A stretch of 64,000 bases of DNA. Source: Naegleria gruberi (lineage: Eukaryota). Shown piece after piece: positions 1 to 11,019 of this stretch. The position numbers and the translations under genes are program-made. Position 1 is the first letter of the stretch; every line of letters begins with the position of its first letter. The DNA lies in assembly GCA_000004985.1 (NCBI GenBank), contig GG738920.1; one strand, given 5' to 3'. A model generated the notes under the pieces. The model was not told the DNA's origin. It searched no databases and saw nothing but the letters and a program-made list of their open reading frames with translations.

Positions 1-1536
1 ATTGCATTGAGTCAGAATTCTTATCAGCATCACTTCCAGTATTCCAAATGTTGATTTTTGGATTAAGTCCCTTAACAGCTTCAGCACTTTGCTTGGCCAA
101 TTCAGGATACAATCCACTATTCAAACCGAGGTAGAATTGAGTGAGAACTGGGTTTCTGCCACATGATTCGTAAATCATCTTGAGACCGTTGGCTTGAGCT
201 TGCAAAGTGAGTTCAATAGCTTCGGCCTTCTTTCTTTCGGAATAGAAATGAGCATCGGCCATTCTTTCTTGAGCTTCAGCATCAACAATTGCCTTTGATA
301 AACTTTCACTTCTCATAAATTCAAGTTGTTGTTCCTTCAATTTAGTATTGACAGATCTTTGCAATTCAGCTTGACGTTCCTTGGCAGCCATGTGAGATTC
401 AATCTTGGCAATTTCTGACTTTCTAAGATTTTCAGCTTTAATAATTTCAAGTTCAGCATTAGAAATGGAGACTGATTTGGCATTTTCGTTTTCTGACAAT
501 CTAGCCTCTTGTTCCAATTGAGCCATTCTAATTCTGGTATCTCTACGATTCAATTCCATTGTAACATCACCTTCCTTCTTGGCTTCACTGACATCGGCTT
601 GTGATTGATAGTTGGCCTTTTCAATGGCAATTTGCTTTCTATATTCAAAGTACTTGTTTCTTTCGTCATAGTCAGACATTTCCTTAATGTTGGCATTGAA
701 AATTGTCAAACCCAACAAGTTCAAATCCTTTTCAATAGAAGCAACAACTTCTTCCTTAAATCTTTCCTTTGAATTGAACATTTCTTCCACAGTTAATTTA
801 GCAGTCAATCCTCTGGTTTCACCTTCAATAATACCAGCAATCCTATGATGAAAAATTTGATATTTCCAAAATTTAAAATTATTAAAACTTACAATGTTTC
901 AATTTCCTTTGGAGTTGCTTCAGTAATCTTTTGACAATATTTGATAAATCCTTCCATTCCCTTATCAGTATTTGGATCGATAGGACCAATTGTGAAAGTA
1001 ACTAATTCCCAAAATTAATAATAATTAAAATAAGAGTTCAATGATCGAATCAACTCATTTTCACAATAGTTTAAACTACTTACCTGGCAAGTTGAATTCA
1101 ACCTTTTCCTTACTCATATTGTGCAAATTGAACTATTTCACAAAAAACACAATTTCTAATAAATTTTTCAAATATAATAACTTACAGTATAAGTCTTTGG
1201 ATTCATATTAACATATACATGCTTTTGCAATGGCCAAACAACAGCCTTCTTTGAAACACTCATATTTGTAATACCAATACCTGTTCTAACTAAATATTGA
1301 TTAGGCTGACAAATCTTATATCTAGAAACAGCCAATGCCAAAGCAGCAGCTCCTAACAAGACTGTAGTAATAGTCTTCTTTGGAATTCTACTATCGGATG
1401 ATGATCCATTATTATTACCATCTGATGATGATCCTCTGAAAGAATCATTTGAATTATTTAAAGCAGCATCTTGATTTTCATTATCATGATCGCCATAACT
1501 TGTTGGATCTCTCTGTGCTTTCTTCTTTCCGAACAT
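1..1536 (-). CDS. Flotillin/reggie-like SPFH (band-7) protein, 3' end beyond window start. Exons complement(join(1..842,893..1001,1084..1132,1186..1536)).
   Basis: Translation gives TVEEMFNSKERFKEEV plus an EA-rich coiled-coil flotillin tail. The N-terminal exon carries a TM segment and a CQPNQYLVRTG...VVWPLQK block resembling the flotillin N-terminus. Three GTAAGT...AG introns of 50, 82 and 53 nt keep the frame. ATG at 1534-1536. Confidence 0.6.
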
Positions 1537-1938
1537 TTTTCAAAAAATTATTATTTTACAGCGAACGATGAAACTCTATTTTTTTTTGATTGGAAATTTG
1601 ATGATGACAATTATTTCAATCAATTTTTATTTGATTTTATTGTTCTGGTGAAGTTCATCTATTACAATTCAATCAAAGTTTAATTAAACTATTTTAATCG
1701 GATCTTGATGGAATCAATCTATTTGATCATGGTGTGTTTCATCATAAAGATCTTGACACTACTGACACAACCCATGTGAGATTACTTCATACTCGGAAGC
1801 AAACATGTCTCAGTCTCATTAGAAGCTTAATAATCTCCTGCTTCTTCTTACTTGCTGTTAATCATGAATTTTGGAAAAAGTCCTTCGAAAATTCCTCCAA
1901 CAAGATTCCAATTCAACTCGAAAAACTCCTTAAAAAAA

Positions 1939-2760
1939 ATGAGCAAACATTCCAACACTGAAAAATATCCGCTTCTCACAACTACTTCACAACATGCCTC
2001 CACACTTCGGAAATCGATTTACTACAAGCCAAGCTCAAAGGAGAGCAAATCTAATCGAAGGTCTTTATCAACAAGAGCAAAAAATTCAACACTGATTAGC
2101 AACACTAATTCATCAGATTTTCAAATTAGAAGAAATTCGAATGAAATGTTTTCTAATGATATTCTATGGGAAATTTTCTCATATCTTTCGATAGAGAGAA
2201 TTGAATTGCTGGATTCTATCGATTCTAAAGTGTTGGTTTCCAACTTGTCAGCTCTTGCCAAGTTGGGCTCTGCATGTCAACAATTCAGAAATGTCATGAA
2301 TGAGAGCAAATGTTGGGATGTGCTGTTCGAGCATTATGTATTTTTCTGCAGTGGAGAATATCATGGTTTGGCAAATCCAATGCTGTATTACAAGGCCCAG
2401 AGAAACAAGTTTGGAGATATGATATTGACATCCTGTCAAAAGAAACATTTCGTCATGTATGGAATTATGTTTGATTATATACGAAAGAGGCAATTATTTT
2501 CATCTCAATTCATGTCTGGATTAGTCAACAAGACCATCCATTCAATAGATTTCAAACACTACCCTCAGAGAAATATCATTCGAGCAACCAAATCAAGTAA
2601 CTCTCATATTGATCCATTATTTGCAAAGAGATGCCTTAGAAATCGAATAGAATCTCCAGAAAATAATAAGCAGAATCATGAAGTTTCACCAATTACTTCC
2701 TTCTCAATGAGGATTTTGTGTGGTTCAATATGTGGTGCGATTTTTTCTCCTTATGCTTAA
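1939..2760 (+). CDS. hypothetical F-box-like protein
   Basis: ORF 1852..2760. The track start is TTG. The first ATG in A-rich context is at 1939 (aaaaaaaATGagc). F-box-like ILWEIFSYLSIERIELL motif. Confidence 0.4.
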   Translation: MSKHSNTEKYPLLTTTSQHASTLRKSIYYKPSSKESKSNRRSLSTRAKNSTLISNTNSSDFQIRRNSNEMFSNDILWEIFSYLSIERIELLDSIDSKVLVSNLSALAKLGSACQQFRNVMNESKCWDVLFEHYVFFCSGEYHGLANPMLYYKAQRNKFGDMILTSCQKKHFVMYGIMFDYIRKRQLFSSQFMSGLVNKTIHSIDFKHYPQRNIIRATKSSNSHIDPLFAKRCLRNRIESPENNKQNHEVSPITSFSMRILCGSICGAIFSPYA

Positions 2761-2821
2761 TTCAAAAATTCCCGCCATTTTCCAAATCAAAACTTGTGCT
2801 TAAATTAATAAATCAAAAAAA

Positions 2822-4993
2822 ATGAAAAGAAACCATTCTGAAAGCATACCAACTGCAAAAAAGCAAAAAACTGGCGAGAATAAATTTATTGAGAATGTGC
2901 ACTTGTCAGTCTCATTGGAACTTATTTCCGAATTTTATAATGTTAGCGAAAAAACATTCAAACCCTCAAAGTCCAAACTCCGAGCCATCCTAAAAAAACA
3001 TCAAGTGGCAAACATTAAGGAAATCGAAAATCTAAAACTTCCAGCCCATTTTACTTTTACAACAAAGAGGATGGAAACTATTTTTAAATATACCTTGCAC
3101 GGATTTGGTATTACACTAAACAATTGCCAAACAAATCCTCTATTCGAAGAAAAGAAGGAAACCATCGAGAATATTCTAAGTTTATTACTCTCCTATCTTC
3201 AGAGCTCTGATATTGTGAGCCTTATTGACAAACTGAAAAAGGAAGGGCTAGTATTGAACAGGAAATATGAAGATTACAAATATAATGTTGAAATGCCTCT
3301 AAATAGTGATACCCTCAGACTAAAAACAATAGATAATTTAATTTTCAGCTCAATTATCCCTCCATTTCGAGATTCTATAGATACTACAAGCGAAATGGAA
3401 CTTTCTAGATTGTATTTCACACCAATGCTTAGCTTTACCTCTATTTTTTCTGATTGCTCTGGTGGATCGTAAGTTTTATATTCTGCATGCTAACAATATC
3501 AATCAGAAATTCCAGTATTAAGGATTTTGTTCATGTGGACAGTTTGGAAGCCAATCTACAGACCAGTATTCCAGATTTTAGACCTGATGATTTTACGCTT
3601 GTTAGTTTTGGAACTAGTTTTAAATGTATTCGAATAATAAGAGAAGATTCACCAGACACTTATGAAAACCATACTAGCCACAAGGACTTTATTGCCCTCG
3701 TATCTCAGATGAAAATGGCACTGTCGCAGGTTATGAGAAAATTGATCAAGAAAGACATTAAAGACTGGCACAAACAAATATTAGTCATGGGTATCACATC
3801 TGATAGTGTTGCTTCAAATTTATACACCTTACATTGTCAACCAAAGATGAGAGATGATGACACCATTCTACTTTCAAATTTTACTCTCTCATTCATTGGA
3901 TCGTATCAGCACAATGTCGTTAGTGATCGCATCCAGCTCATTTCTAGAATTATGACATCTCTTATTTATCCAAAGAATGAGGAAGTAAGGAACTATTTAA
4001 CGACACAGCACAGCCTTGTACAGTCTACAAAAAGGAATTATTTTTCATTTCCTGTATGGGATAGTTATTTCCAAAGAATCGAATATGATAAGGATTTTGA
4101 AATAATCCAAACTCGCTCAACCATCAAAAAAGGGAAAATTAACGGTTTTGAGTATTTCATTAAGTTTAACTCTAAGAATAACATTTATGAAAGTCCTCAT
4201 CATTATTCCTTTTTAACACTATATGCTCCAACACTTCAGACGTCTGAAGGTAACTGTTCACTTACACTTGCTGGAAAAAGCATGGCCAAACTCTTTGAAA
4301 AGATGAACGAGATTAATGTTATGGATTTTTTTATTGATATGCTAGTTCAGCTCTGTTATCTACAGGAAGGAAACTTTGTTCATAATGACATCAAGCCAGA
4401 AAATATTGTTCTCTATGACAATCATTGGTTTTTAATTGATTTTGAAATTGCAAAAAGGTATTCAGACTTTGACATTAACTCTGGAAAATGCCTTGGTAAT
4501 GATGATAAACCTATCACAACACAGAGTTTCTCAGAAGGTACGTTTTTAAATTCATTATATTCTTATCGTTTCAGGCTACAGATCTCCTGAGAGAGTTGAT
4601 TACAATCTAGTTTCCCCAAAGAGTGATATCTATGCGCTAGGTTTAGTAATATTAGAGATTATTCATAAGGAAAGATTAGAATCTTTAGAAGACAGAGAGG
4701 TTGTTTCCCAATATTTGGAAGAAGCTAGAACCAGTGTTTCAGATGAAACCACTAAAGATATTCTGTCAATTCTGAAAAAAAAGATACTCAGATCAGAGAA
4801 AAATAGACTTGATGCAATTAGTTTGTACCATCATCTTTTTGTTTCAACTGAGAAGAATGTTAATCCAAAACTGGGTCATTTCCGTGAACAGTGCAAGAAA
4901 GTGAAATCGTATTTTGGAAATAAGGAGTATTTCTCCTCTCGCACAACCAAAGAAAGAAAGGTTGTCAGGACCCTTAGTTTTTCAGAAATGTGA
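2822..4993 (+). CDS. protein kinase-like (TKL-like) with N-terminal non-kinase domain. join(2822..3468,3507..4537,4575..4993).
   Basis: Catalytic-loop HNDIKPENIVL, DFE (DFG-like), and a C-lobe GYRSPE...SDIYALGLVILEI after the intron. Introns are GTAAGT...(TGCTAAC)...CAG of 38 nt and GTACGT...TTTCAG of 37 nt. Both restore one continuous frame across three track ORFs. The alternative acceptor at 3515 is also in frame. Confidence 0.6.
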
Positions 4994-5025
4994 ATTCAGT
5001 GAGATTTCACTCAATATTTAATTTA

Positions 5026-6174
5026 TTATTTAAATATTTTTTCAAAGTACCTTTTGACAGTCTTATTTTGAAATATTACAACAGACTTGAATGCACTACC
5101 CTGCCTTAATATGTTTGATCTGTAAATCATTTTCTCTGTTTCCTCTGTAATATATTGGGGTAACGTGTGATTACCATTAGGGTCTTTGATTAGCTCAGCA
5201 GCTTTCGTCATAATTATTTCTCTAATTTTGTTGGGTAATAAAGCGATTGTTCGTGTAATTAACTGATCAATAATTGTTTCTAAACAACGAAAGTCCATTC
5301 GCCCACCATTAGATTTGAGACAGTAGCGAGCATAGCCCAAATAGACAGCCTTTGTTCCAGTAATATCTAAAACTCTTGTTATGGTATCATTATTTGTGAG
5401 ATTCAGCTTGTTAAGATACTTTACTCCAAATTCATGCGAGGGTTCTAAAAGTTCTGTTGTCCACAATCTGCCGCCTGCTGTATCTAGACCAGTATAATAA
5501 CCATCAGAAATGACTATTAGCAACCCGACTTGGCGTTCTGTGTTTTCTCTAACCATGTCAATAAATTGTTCAGTTATTTTCCTGTTTCTATTTGCATTAT
5601 CAATGATTAAAATTGGACATTGGCCTTTCTGATTCTGATGAGCCAAGGCAATGAACTGATTAATTGCTAGTTGGATATCTGACCACCTTGCTTCATCATC
5701 AACAACTAAATTCATGAGCTTGGCCAACTCCTTAATTGTTGTTGTTTTGGAGAGACTTACCAACAAGTAAGGAAATGGTTCAAGTAATCTCAAACTCTCC
5801 TTCAGCATTGTTGTTTTTCCAATCCCACTCTCTCCATAAAATCCTCTCATACTCAACTCACAACGTTGCATTGATTTCAATGTGTTGGTGAATAAATCAG
5901 AGAATTCATTTGTAACAATAAAAGGATTGCTTTGGATTTGGGAAGAGTAGAAACTCTGATTCAATCTAGCAACATTATCAACAATCGGACTAACAGTTTC
6001 AACTTTTTTCTCTCTGGAATAAATGTTCGAGTTTAAGCCATTCAGTACTGCAACAATAAGCGATACAACACCCACCACAACAATTCCAACCTCTTTGTAT
6101 TGTTTTATAAATTTCTCTTTTTGCCTTTCCTCTTGCTTGATTACTTGTTGATTATCAGCACGAACGGTGGACAT
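5026..6174 (-). CDS. P-loop NTPase domain protein with N-terminal transmembrane anchor
   Basis: 382-aa ORF. Walker A GESGIGKTTM, Walker B-like hhhhDNA (ILIIDNA), and a hydrophobic segment at residues about 30-50. Confidence 0.45.
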   Translation of the reverse strand: MSTVRADNQQVIKQEERQKEKFIKQYKEVGIVVVGVVSLIVAVLNGLNSNIYSREKKVETVSPIVDNVARLNQSFYSSQIQSNPFIVTNEFSDLFTNTLKSMQRCELSMRGFYGESGIGKTTMLKESLRLLEPFPYLLVSLSKTTTIKELAKLMNLVVDDEARWSDIQLAINQFIALAHQNQKGQCPILIIDNANRNRKITEQFIDMVRENTERQVGLLIVISDGYYTGLDTAGGRLWTTELLEPSHEFGVKYLNKLNLTNNDTITRVLDITGTKAVYLGYARYCLKSNGGRMDFRCLETIIDQLITRTIALLPNKIREIIMTKAAELIKDPNGNHTLPQYITEETEKMIYRSNILRQGSAFKSVVIFQNKTVKRYFEKIFK

Positions 6175-6372
6175 TAATGTAGTTAATTTTTTTTAAGGTT
6201 TTTCTTTATTATCACCAACATTATTTGTTGCTTATTTAATGCCGTTCATTGGTACTAAGTATATCAATGCTATTTTACTCAAATATAGTCGTTTTATTTT
6301 TAGATTGAGAAAAATCAAAAAAAATGATTCGTTCTGATCTTTATTCATTCTTCTTTCTATTTTTCTATTAAA

Positions 6373-6744
6373 ATGTATTTTCCGAAGGATTTAAAGAGAT
6401 TTCTGATCTATTTTATGCCTCCAATGGTATTACGGATGATCATAATGAAATTAATAAGAGAAGTGGGTATTTTCGTACAGTGGAATATAGTGAAATTTTC
6501 AAAGGGTGATGATAGTGTGGAAGTTGAAAAACAATTTTTAAATTTCACCGAGAAGGAAAAGAATTATAGACTTATCTTGTTTGTGATACATTCAACTTTT
6601 AAGGAAATGAACAACAAGATTGAAAAAACCATTGAAAATGTTATTGAGGAGGCTGGTTATGAGAAGGAGAATACCATGGTGGTTGTTCATTCAGATGAAA
6701 GTAATTTCTATCAGGGTTTGGAGTGGTTGTTCCAGAAGAAATGA
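6373..6744 (+). CDS. small hypothetical protein
   Basis: 123-aa ORF with ATG in A-rich context. No recognisable domain. Confidence 0.25.
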   Translation: MYFPKDLKRFLIYFMPPMVLRMIIMKLIREVGIFVQWNIVKFSKGDDSVEVEKQFLNFTEKEKNYRLILFVIHSTFKEMNNKIEKTIENVIEEAGYEKENTMVVVHSDESNFYQGLEWLFQKK

Positions 6745-6787
6745 ATTTATTTCATATAATCACATTAGATATAAGAGTTACATTATT

Positions 6788-8293
6788 TTAGCACTTTGCT
6801 CCATGGAACATGTATTCCATTCTTGCTTCATATAGGTCGTTTCTATATGTACATGTGTAGCCAGTTAGTTGAGCAACTTTTTTCGCAAATTCCTTATTAT
6901 CCATTTCTGCATTCCTAAGATCTAGCACATTATTGCTACTTATCCTGATTGCTTCCAATACAAAATCTTGAGAAAATCTCAATTCGTTTGTAATATATTT
7001 CAAAATTGGTTCAGTGGTTTCATTGATAATCTCAAACATGAATGGTGCACAACTTTTTAATTCATCAGGAACTCTAGTCAATTGTAATGCTGATTTTTTC
7101 ACAGCCTCTTTTACAACTTGTCTGTTCATCTCATGCTCAACAGGAATCCAATTCCCTCCCCTTATACTAATCAAAGCAAGTTCAACATCATTATTTCGTA
7201 AATCATCAGAAGCATACGAGTAAACAACGCTGTACTTCTCAATTGCTTTTTTCATAAAATCTCGATCACTTCTAATTCTCTCAGAAGCATAAGCAAGAGA
7301 GTGACAATGATTATTCAGTGCGCAAGTAACAATTTCGAAATCATCTCTGTATTCCTCATTGAGAAACTGAAGAGATAAACCATTCATCTTGACCATATGC
7401 ATAGCAATTTCTCTTTCGCTCATATGGTCCATCGAACTATCTTGTGCAATTTTACGAAACATTTTCATTATAAAAGAAGTATCATTCCTCAATCGTTCAG
7501 AAGCAAACATTAGAGCTGCCAAATCTGTTCGTGCAACAAGTTCAAATATATCCTCATCGTCCTGAAATGCATGTTCTAAATTTTCCAATATCCATGCATC
7601 ATTGCGTAATGCTGTGATTACTATCTCTCTATCATTCTGGAAATGATCAGGAGCTGCGAAAATGTCAACAGGACAAATCTCAACAGCTTTCAACACAAAA
7701 CTTCTGTCATTAATCAAAGATTTAGATAATCTACGCAATACTCCACCATCCTTTCCAATAAACTGCATATATTCAATTGCAAGATCCTCTCCAATATTTG
7801 CCAATCCTCCACAATCCTGAACTCTCTTTTTGATATCTTGATATTTTGAATTGGCGTAACTATTGATTGAATTAGTTTCTTTCTGGCAATTCTTAATATG
7901 ACATTGTAATTGTTCTCTAATGCCCAACCTAATCAGATCTGGATGAATTCGTGGTAATAGATATTCCAATGGGCTCACACCTCCAAATGAGCAAGTCGTT
8001 GTAATTAAATAACCATTGTTTACCAGTTTTGAAAACACTTTTTGAATAGTTTCTTCATCATTGGCATATTCAATAGGAAGATAGTACAAATCATGAACAA
8101 TAGTTTCCCTCCGAATCAGCCACTTTAACTTTCCCTCTTGTTGTGATGAGAATTTTTCTCTCAGCTTGTTCGATAGAAATAATAGTCGTACTAATGTTGT
8201 TGTTGTTGTTTTTGTTGTAGTAGATGAATGTTCATCATCATTATCATGAAAAGTAAAATGAACGAGAGATTTATCTGTAATGGTAATCATCAT
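6788..8293 (-). CDS. DUF4116 repeat-containing protein
   Basis: 501-aa ORF with repeated about 36-aa units (e.g. DREIVITALRNDAWILENLEHAFQDDEDI, DFEIVTCALNNHCHSLAYASERIRSDRDFM) typical of DUF4116. ATG at 8291-8293. Confidence 0.5.
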   Translation of the reverse strand: MMITITDKSLVHFTFHDNDDEHSSTTTKTTTTTLVRLLFLSNKLREKFSSQQEGKLKWLIRRETIVHDLYYLPIEYANDEETIQKVFSKLVNNGYLITTTCSFGGVSPLEYLLPRIHPDLIRLGIREQLQCHIKNCQKETNSINSYANSKYQDIKKRVQDCGGLANIGEDLAIEYMQFIGKDGGVLRRLSKSLINDRSFVLKAVEICPVDIFAAPDHFQNDREIVITALRNDAWILENLEHAFQDDEDIFELVARTDLAALMFASERLRNDTSFIMKMFRKIAQDSSMDHMSEREIAMHMVKMNGLSLQFLNEEYRDDFEIVTCALNNHCHSLAYASERIRSDRDFMKKAIEKYSVVYSYASDDLRNNDVELALISIRGGNWIPVEHEMNRQVVKEAVKKSALQLTRVPDELKSCAPFMFEIINETTEPILKYITNELRFSQDFVLEAIRISSNNVLDLRNAEMDNKEFAKKVAQLTGYTCTYRNDLYEARMEYMFHGAKC

Positions 8294-8500
8294 GCGGTGT
8301 TGTTGAATTGTTTTCTTGTATTTTTGAAAAATGAGTTTTTTGAAAAGAAATATTTCCTACAAGAATTTGTGATTTTCCATCCACAAGATAAATAATCTAT
8401 TTAAGAGTCTACTTTTGAATTTGAAACTAAAGTTTTCTTCCAAAGTCTCAAAGTAAAATTGTTGTTTTAAAAATATACAAAGTGACTCACTTTCATACTT

Positions 8501-9505
8501 CTACTTATTAAGTGATGTCAATTGTTTCATATCACTTATTGATTTGACTCCTTCATCACCAATTTGATTGTAATTAATACTAAGTGATGTTAATTGTTTC
8601 ATTTCACTTATTGATTTGGCTCCTTCTGCACCAATTCGATTGTTTGAAATATTAAGTGATGTCAATTGTTTCAATTCACTTATTGATTTGACTCCTTCAT
8701 CACCAATTCCATTGTTTGAAATATTAAGTGATGTTAATTGTTTCATTTCGCTTATTAATTTGACTCCTTCATCACCAATTCCATTGTTTGAAATATTAAG
8801 TGATGTCAATTGTTTCAATTCACTTATTAATTTGACTCCTTCATCTCCAATTCGATTGTAATTAATATTAAGTGATGTTAATTGTTTCATTTCACTTATT
8901 GATTTGACTCCTTCTGCACCAATATCATTTAAACTTATATCAAGTGATGTCAATTGTTTCAATTCACTTATTAATTTGACTCCTTCGTCACCAATTCGAT
9001 TGTTTGACATATTAAGTGATGTCAATTGTTTCAATTCACTTATTAATTTGACTCCTTCATCACCAATTCCATTGTCAGAAATAATAAGCGATGTTAATTG
9101 TTTCATTTCACTTATGAATTTCGCTTTTTCTATCGAGCCAAACAACCATGCAGAAAATTTAACATTAACAATACTATTCATAAATTGACTGTTCATGAAT
9201 AATTCAATTCTTTTCTCTGTAAATTTCTTTTTAAATTGAATAACAAGTTTTGAACGTTCCTTGATCACATTAAAGAATTGTTTTGAAATCAAGGAACAAT
9301 TATTCAAAATAAACCACGAATCATCAATCATGGAAATTATTTCAAAACAAACATCATCTGAAAATATTTCCTGTTCGAGTTTCACAACTTTTTTTGCCTT
9401 CTCTTCCAAACTCTTATTATGATTATTAAAATCGATCGTGAGTAGTTGTTCCTCCGAATTAATTAATTGATAATTTTCCAAATCTTGTCTCTTTCGTTTG
9501 CTCAT
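8501..9505 (-). CDS. F-box / leucine-rich repeat (RNI-like 24-aa LRR) protein
   Basis: The track start 9631 is TTG with a stop just upstream. The first ATG is at 9503-9505 (aaaaaaATGagc). F-box-like DDVCFEIISMIDDSWFILNNCSLISKQF. About 9 tandem LTSLNISNNGIGDEGVKLISEMKQ LRR units. Confidence 0.5.
   Translation of the reverse strand: MSKRKRQDLENYQLINSEEQLLTIDFNNHNKSLEEKAKKVVKLEQEIFSDDVCFEIISMIDDSWFILNNCSLISKQFFNVIKERSKLVIQFKKKFTEKRIELFMNSQFMNSIVNVKFSAWLFGSIEKAKFISEMKQLTSLIISDNGIGDEGVKLISELKQLTSLNMSNNRIGDEGVKLISELKQLTSLDISLNDIGAEGVKSISEMKQLTSLNINYNRIGDEGVKLISELKQLTSLNISNNGIGDEGVKLISEMKQLTSLNISNNGIGDEGVKSISELKQLTSLNISNNRIGAEGAKSISEMKQLTSLSINYNQIGDEGVKSISDMKQLTSLNK
8520..9115. repeat. tandem 72-bp direct repeats (about 9 copies) encoding the LRR units of the F-box/LRR gene
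   Basis: Near-identical 72-nt blocks (ttaagtgatgttaattgtttcatttcacttattgatttgactccttc...) are visible on the + strand. The antisense ORFs 8616..8861 and 8904..9188 are artefacts of this repeat. Confidence 0.7.
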
Positions 9506-9667
9506 TTTTTTGATATCTCCAAAATCAAATATCAAGAAAGCGAGATGATGTTTTAGCTTGTTAATATCATGGAGATTGTTTTTGTTGAATCGGATGATGA
9601 ATTTGCAAATCAAGTTTCCTCTTTGTTTCAATTTACAATGAGCATTCTCTAAACAACTTTAAAAAAA

Positions 9668-11011
9668 ATGCATGAAAATCAACAAGCAACCTCTAATGGC
9701 AACTCAAAAGATGAAGCAACAATAAACAACTCATCGGGTTGTAGTAGTAATAGTAATAGTGGCAGCAACACCATCATCAGTAGGGAAGAAAATTCATCAG
9801 AAGAAACTAGAGAATTATTGCAACAATTTTGTGAGAAATACAACATTCCACTCAGTGAATATTATCCATCATCGGAACAAGACGATTTTATTGAAAAGAA
9901 CGAATCGATACGGTATATTAGATTATCGTCATGTTTAAATGATGAGGGAATTTTAAATTGTTTAAATTCAATTGAAAAACAATGTGGAGTCAAGCCTTTG
10001 AATATTCAAAATATGGAAAAGAATTATTATCAAATTTATACACTCCCAAAGACAATTAATATTTCAAATTTGGAGGAATATAAGAAGGGAAATGTTTTTG
10101 GTGTGGATATTAGTAGTATTTATTGTATCTTGTCGTTGGAGAAGATTTTCATGAATGATGATAACAATCAATCAAATAGTTTGAATATTTTGCCAAATGT
10201 TTTGGATGTTTGTACTGCTCCAGGGACTAAATCATGTCTGATTTATGACCTGTTTAAATGTAAAAATTCTAGAGTTAACACGATTACTGGAATTGATGTT
10301 TCATATCATAGAATAATGACATGCAAGAATATTTTTAAAAAGTATAATATTAATGATATTAGACTGATATATGCTGATGGTACACGTTATTCGAATGTGG
10401 AAAAACCAACAAGAATGAAAAGATTTAAATACATTGAAAAAGTTAAGGAATTACCAGATAATGGTATTTTAATTTATGAAAAATATGGAAATTCAAAGAG
10501 GAAAGATCTTAAGGAAGAGACCAAACAACCACCAAAGAATATTTTTGATACACTAGCTCCAAAGTATGACATTATTGTAGTTGATGCAGAATGTAGCACT
10601 GATGGAAGAGTTGAGCATTACCGCAGAAATTTCAAACAAATTGACTATACGTTGAATAATATGGACAACATTGTGGATTTACAAAAGAAATTACTGGAGA
10701 ATGCCTACATTAATTGTCTAGCTCCATATGATGGAATTTCTAATAAGCATGGAGTTGTTCTGTATTGTACATGCTCCTTCACTAGGGAGCAGAACGAAGA
10801 TGTAGTTCAATACATATTGGACAAGTATAGGGAAGATACCAATCAACAACCAGAACTTATTCATCCATTCATTGATAGTCCAGTTCTCCAACATTTAGAT
10901 ATTCCATATGTGGAATCTCAGGTGTTGCCAAAAACAATAAGAATTATTCCATCTAAATCTCAAAGCAATACTTGTCTTTATATTGCGCTCATTAGGAAAC
11001 ACAAGAGGTAA
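9668..11011 (+). CDS. NOL1/NOP2/Sun-family RNA (cytosine-C5)-methyltransferase-like protein
   Basis: Motif I VLDVCTAPGTKS, motif IV DIIVVDAECSTDGR, motif VI TC in VVLYCTCSF. Divergent N-terminal region. ATG at 9668. Confidence 0.5.
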   Translation: MHENQQATSNGNSKDEATINNSSGCSSNSNSGSNTIISREENSSEETRELLQQFCEKYNIPLSEYYPSSEQDDFIEKNESIRYIRLSSCLNDEGILNCLNSIEKQCGVKPLNIQNMEKNYYQIYTLPKTINISNLEEYKKGNVFGVDISSIYCILSLEKIFMNDDNNQSNSLNILPNVLDVCTAPGTKSCLIYDLFKCKNSRVNTITGIDVSYHRIMTCKNIFKKYNINDIRLIYADGTRYSNVEKPTRMKRFKYIEKVKELPDNGILIYEKYGNSKRKDLKEETKQPPKNIFDTLAPKYDIIVVDAECSTDGRVEHYRRNFKQIDYTLNNMDNIVDLQKKLLENAYINCLAPYDGISNKHGVVLYCTCSFTREQNEDVVQYILDKYREDTNQQPELIHPFIDSPVLQHLDIPYVESQVLPKTIRIIPSKSQSNTCLYIALIRKHKR

Positions 11012-11019
11012 TAAAAGTA

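Noticed and set aside
8520-9115. Regularly spaced direct repeats that might at first look like a CRISPR array
   Set aside because: This is eukaryotic DNA. The 72-bp units are contiguous with no spacers, sit in one long ORF, and encode LRR units.
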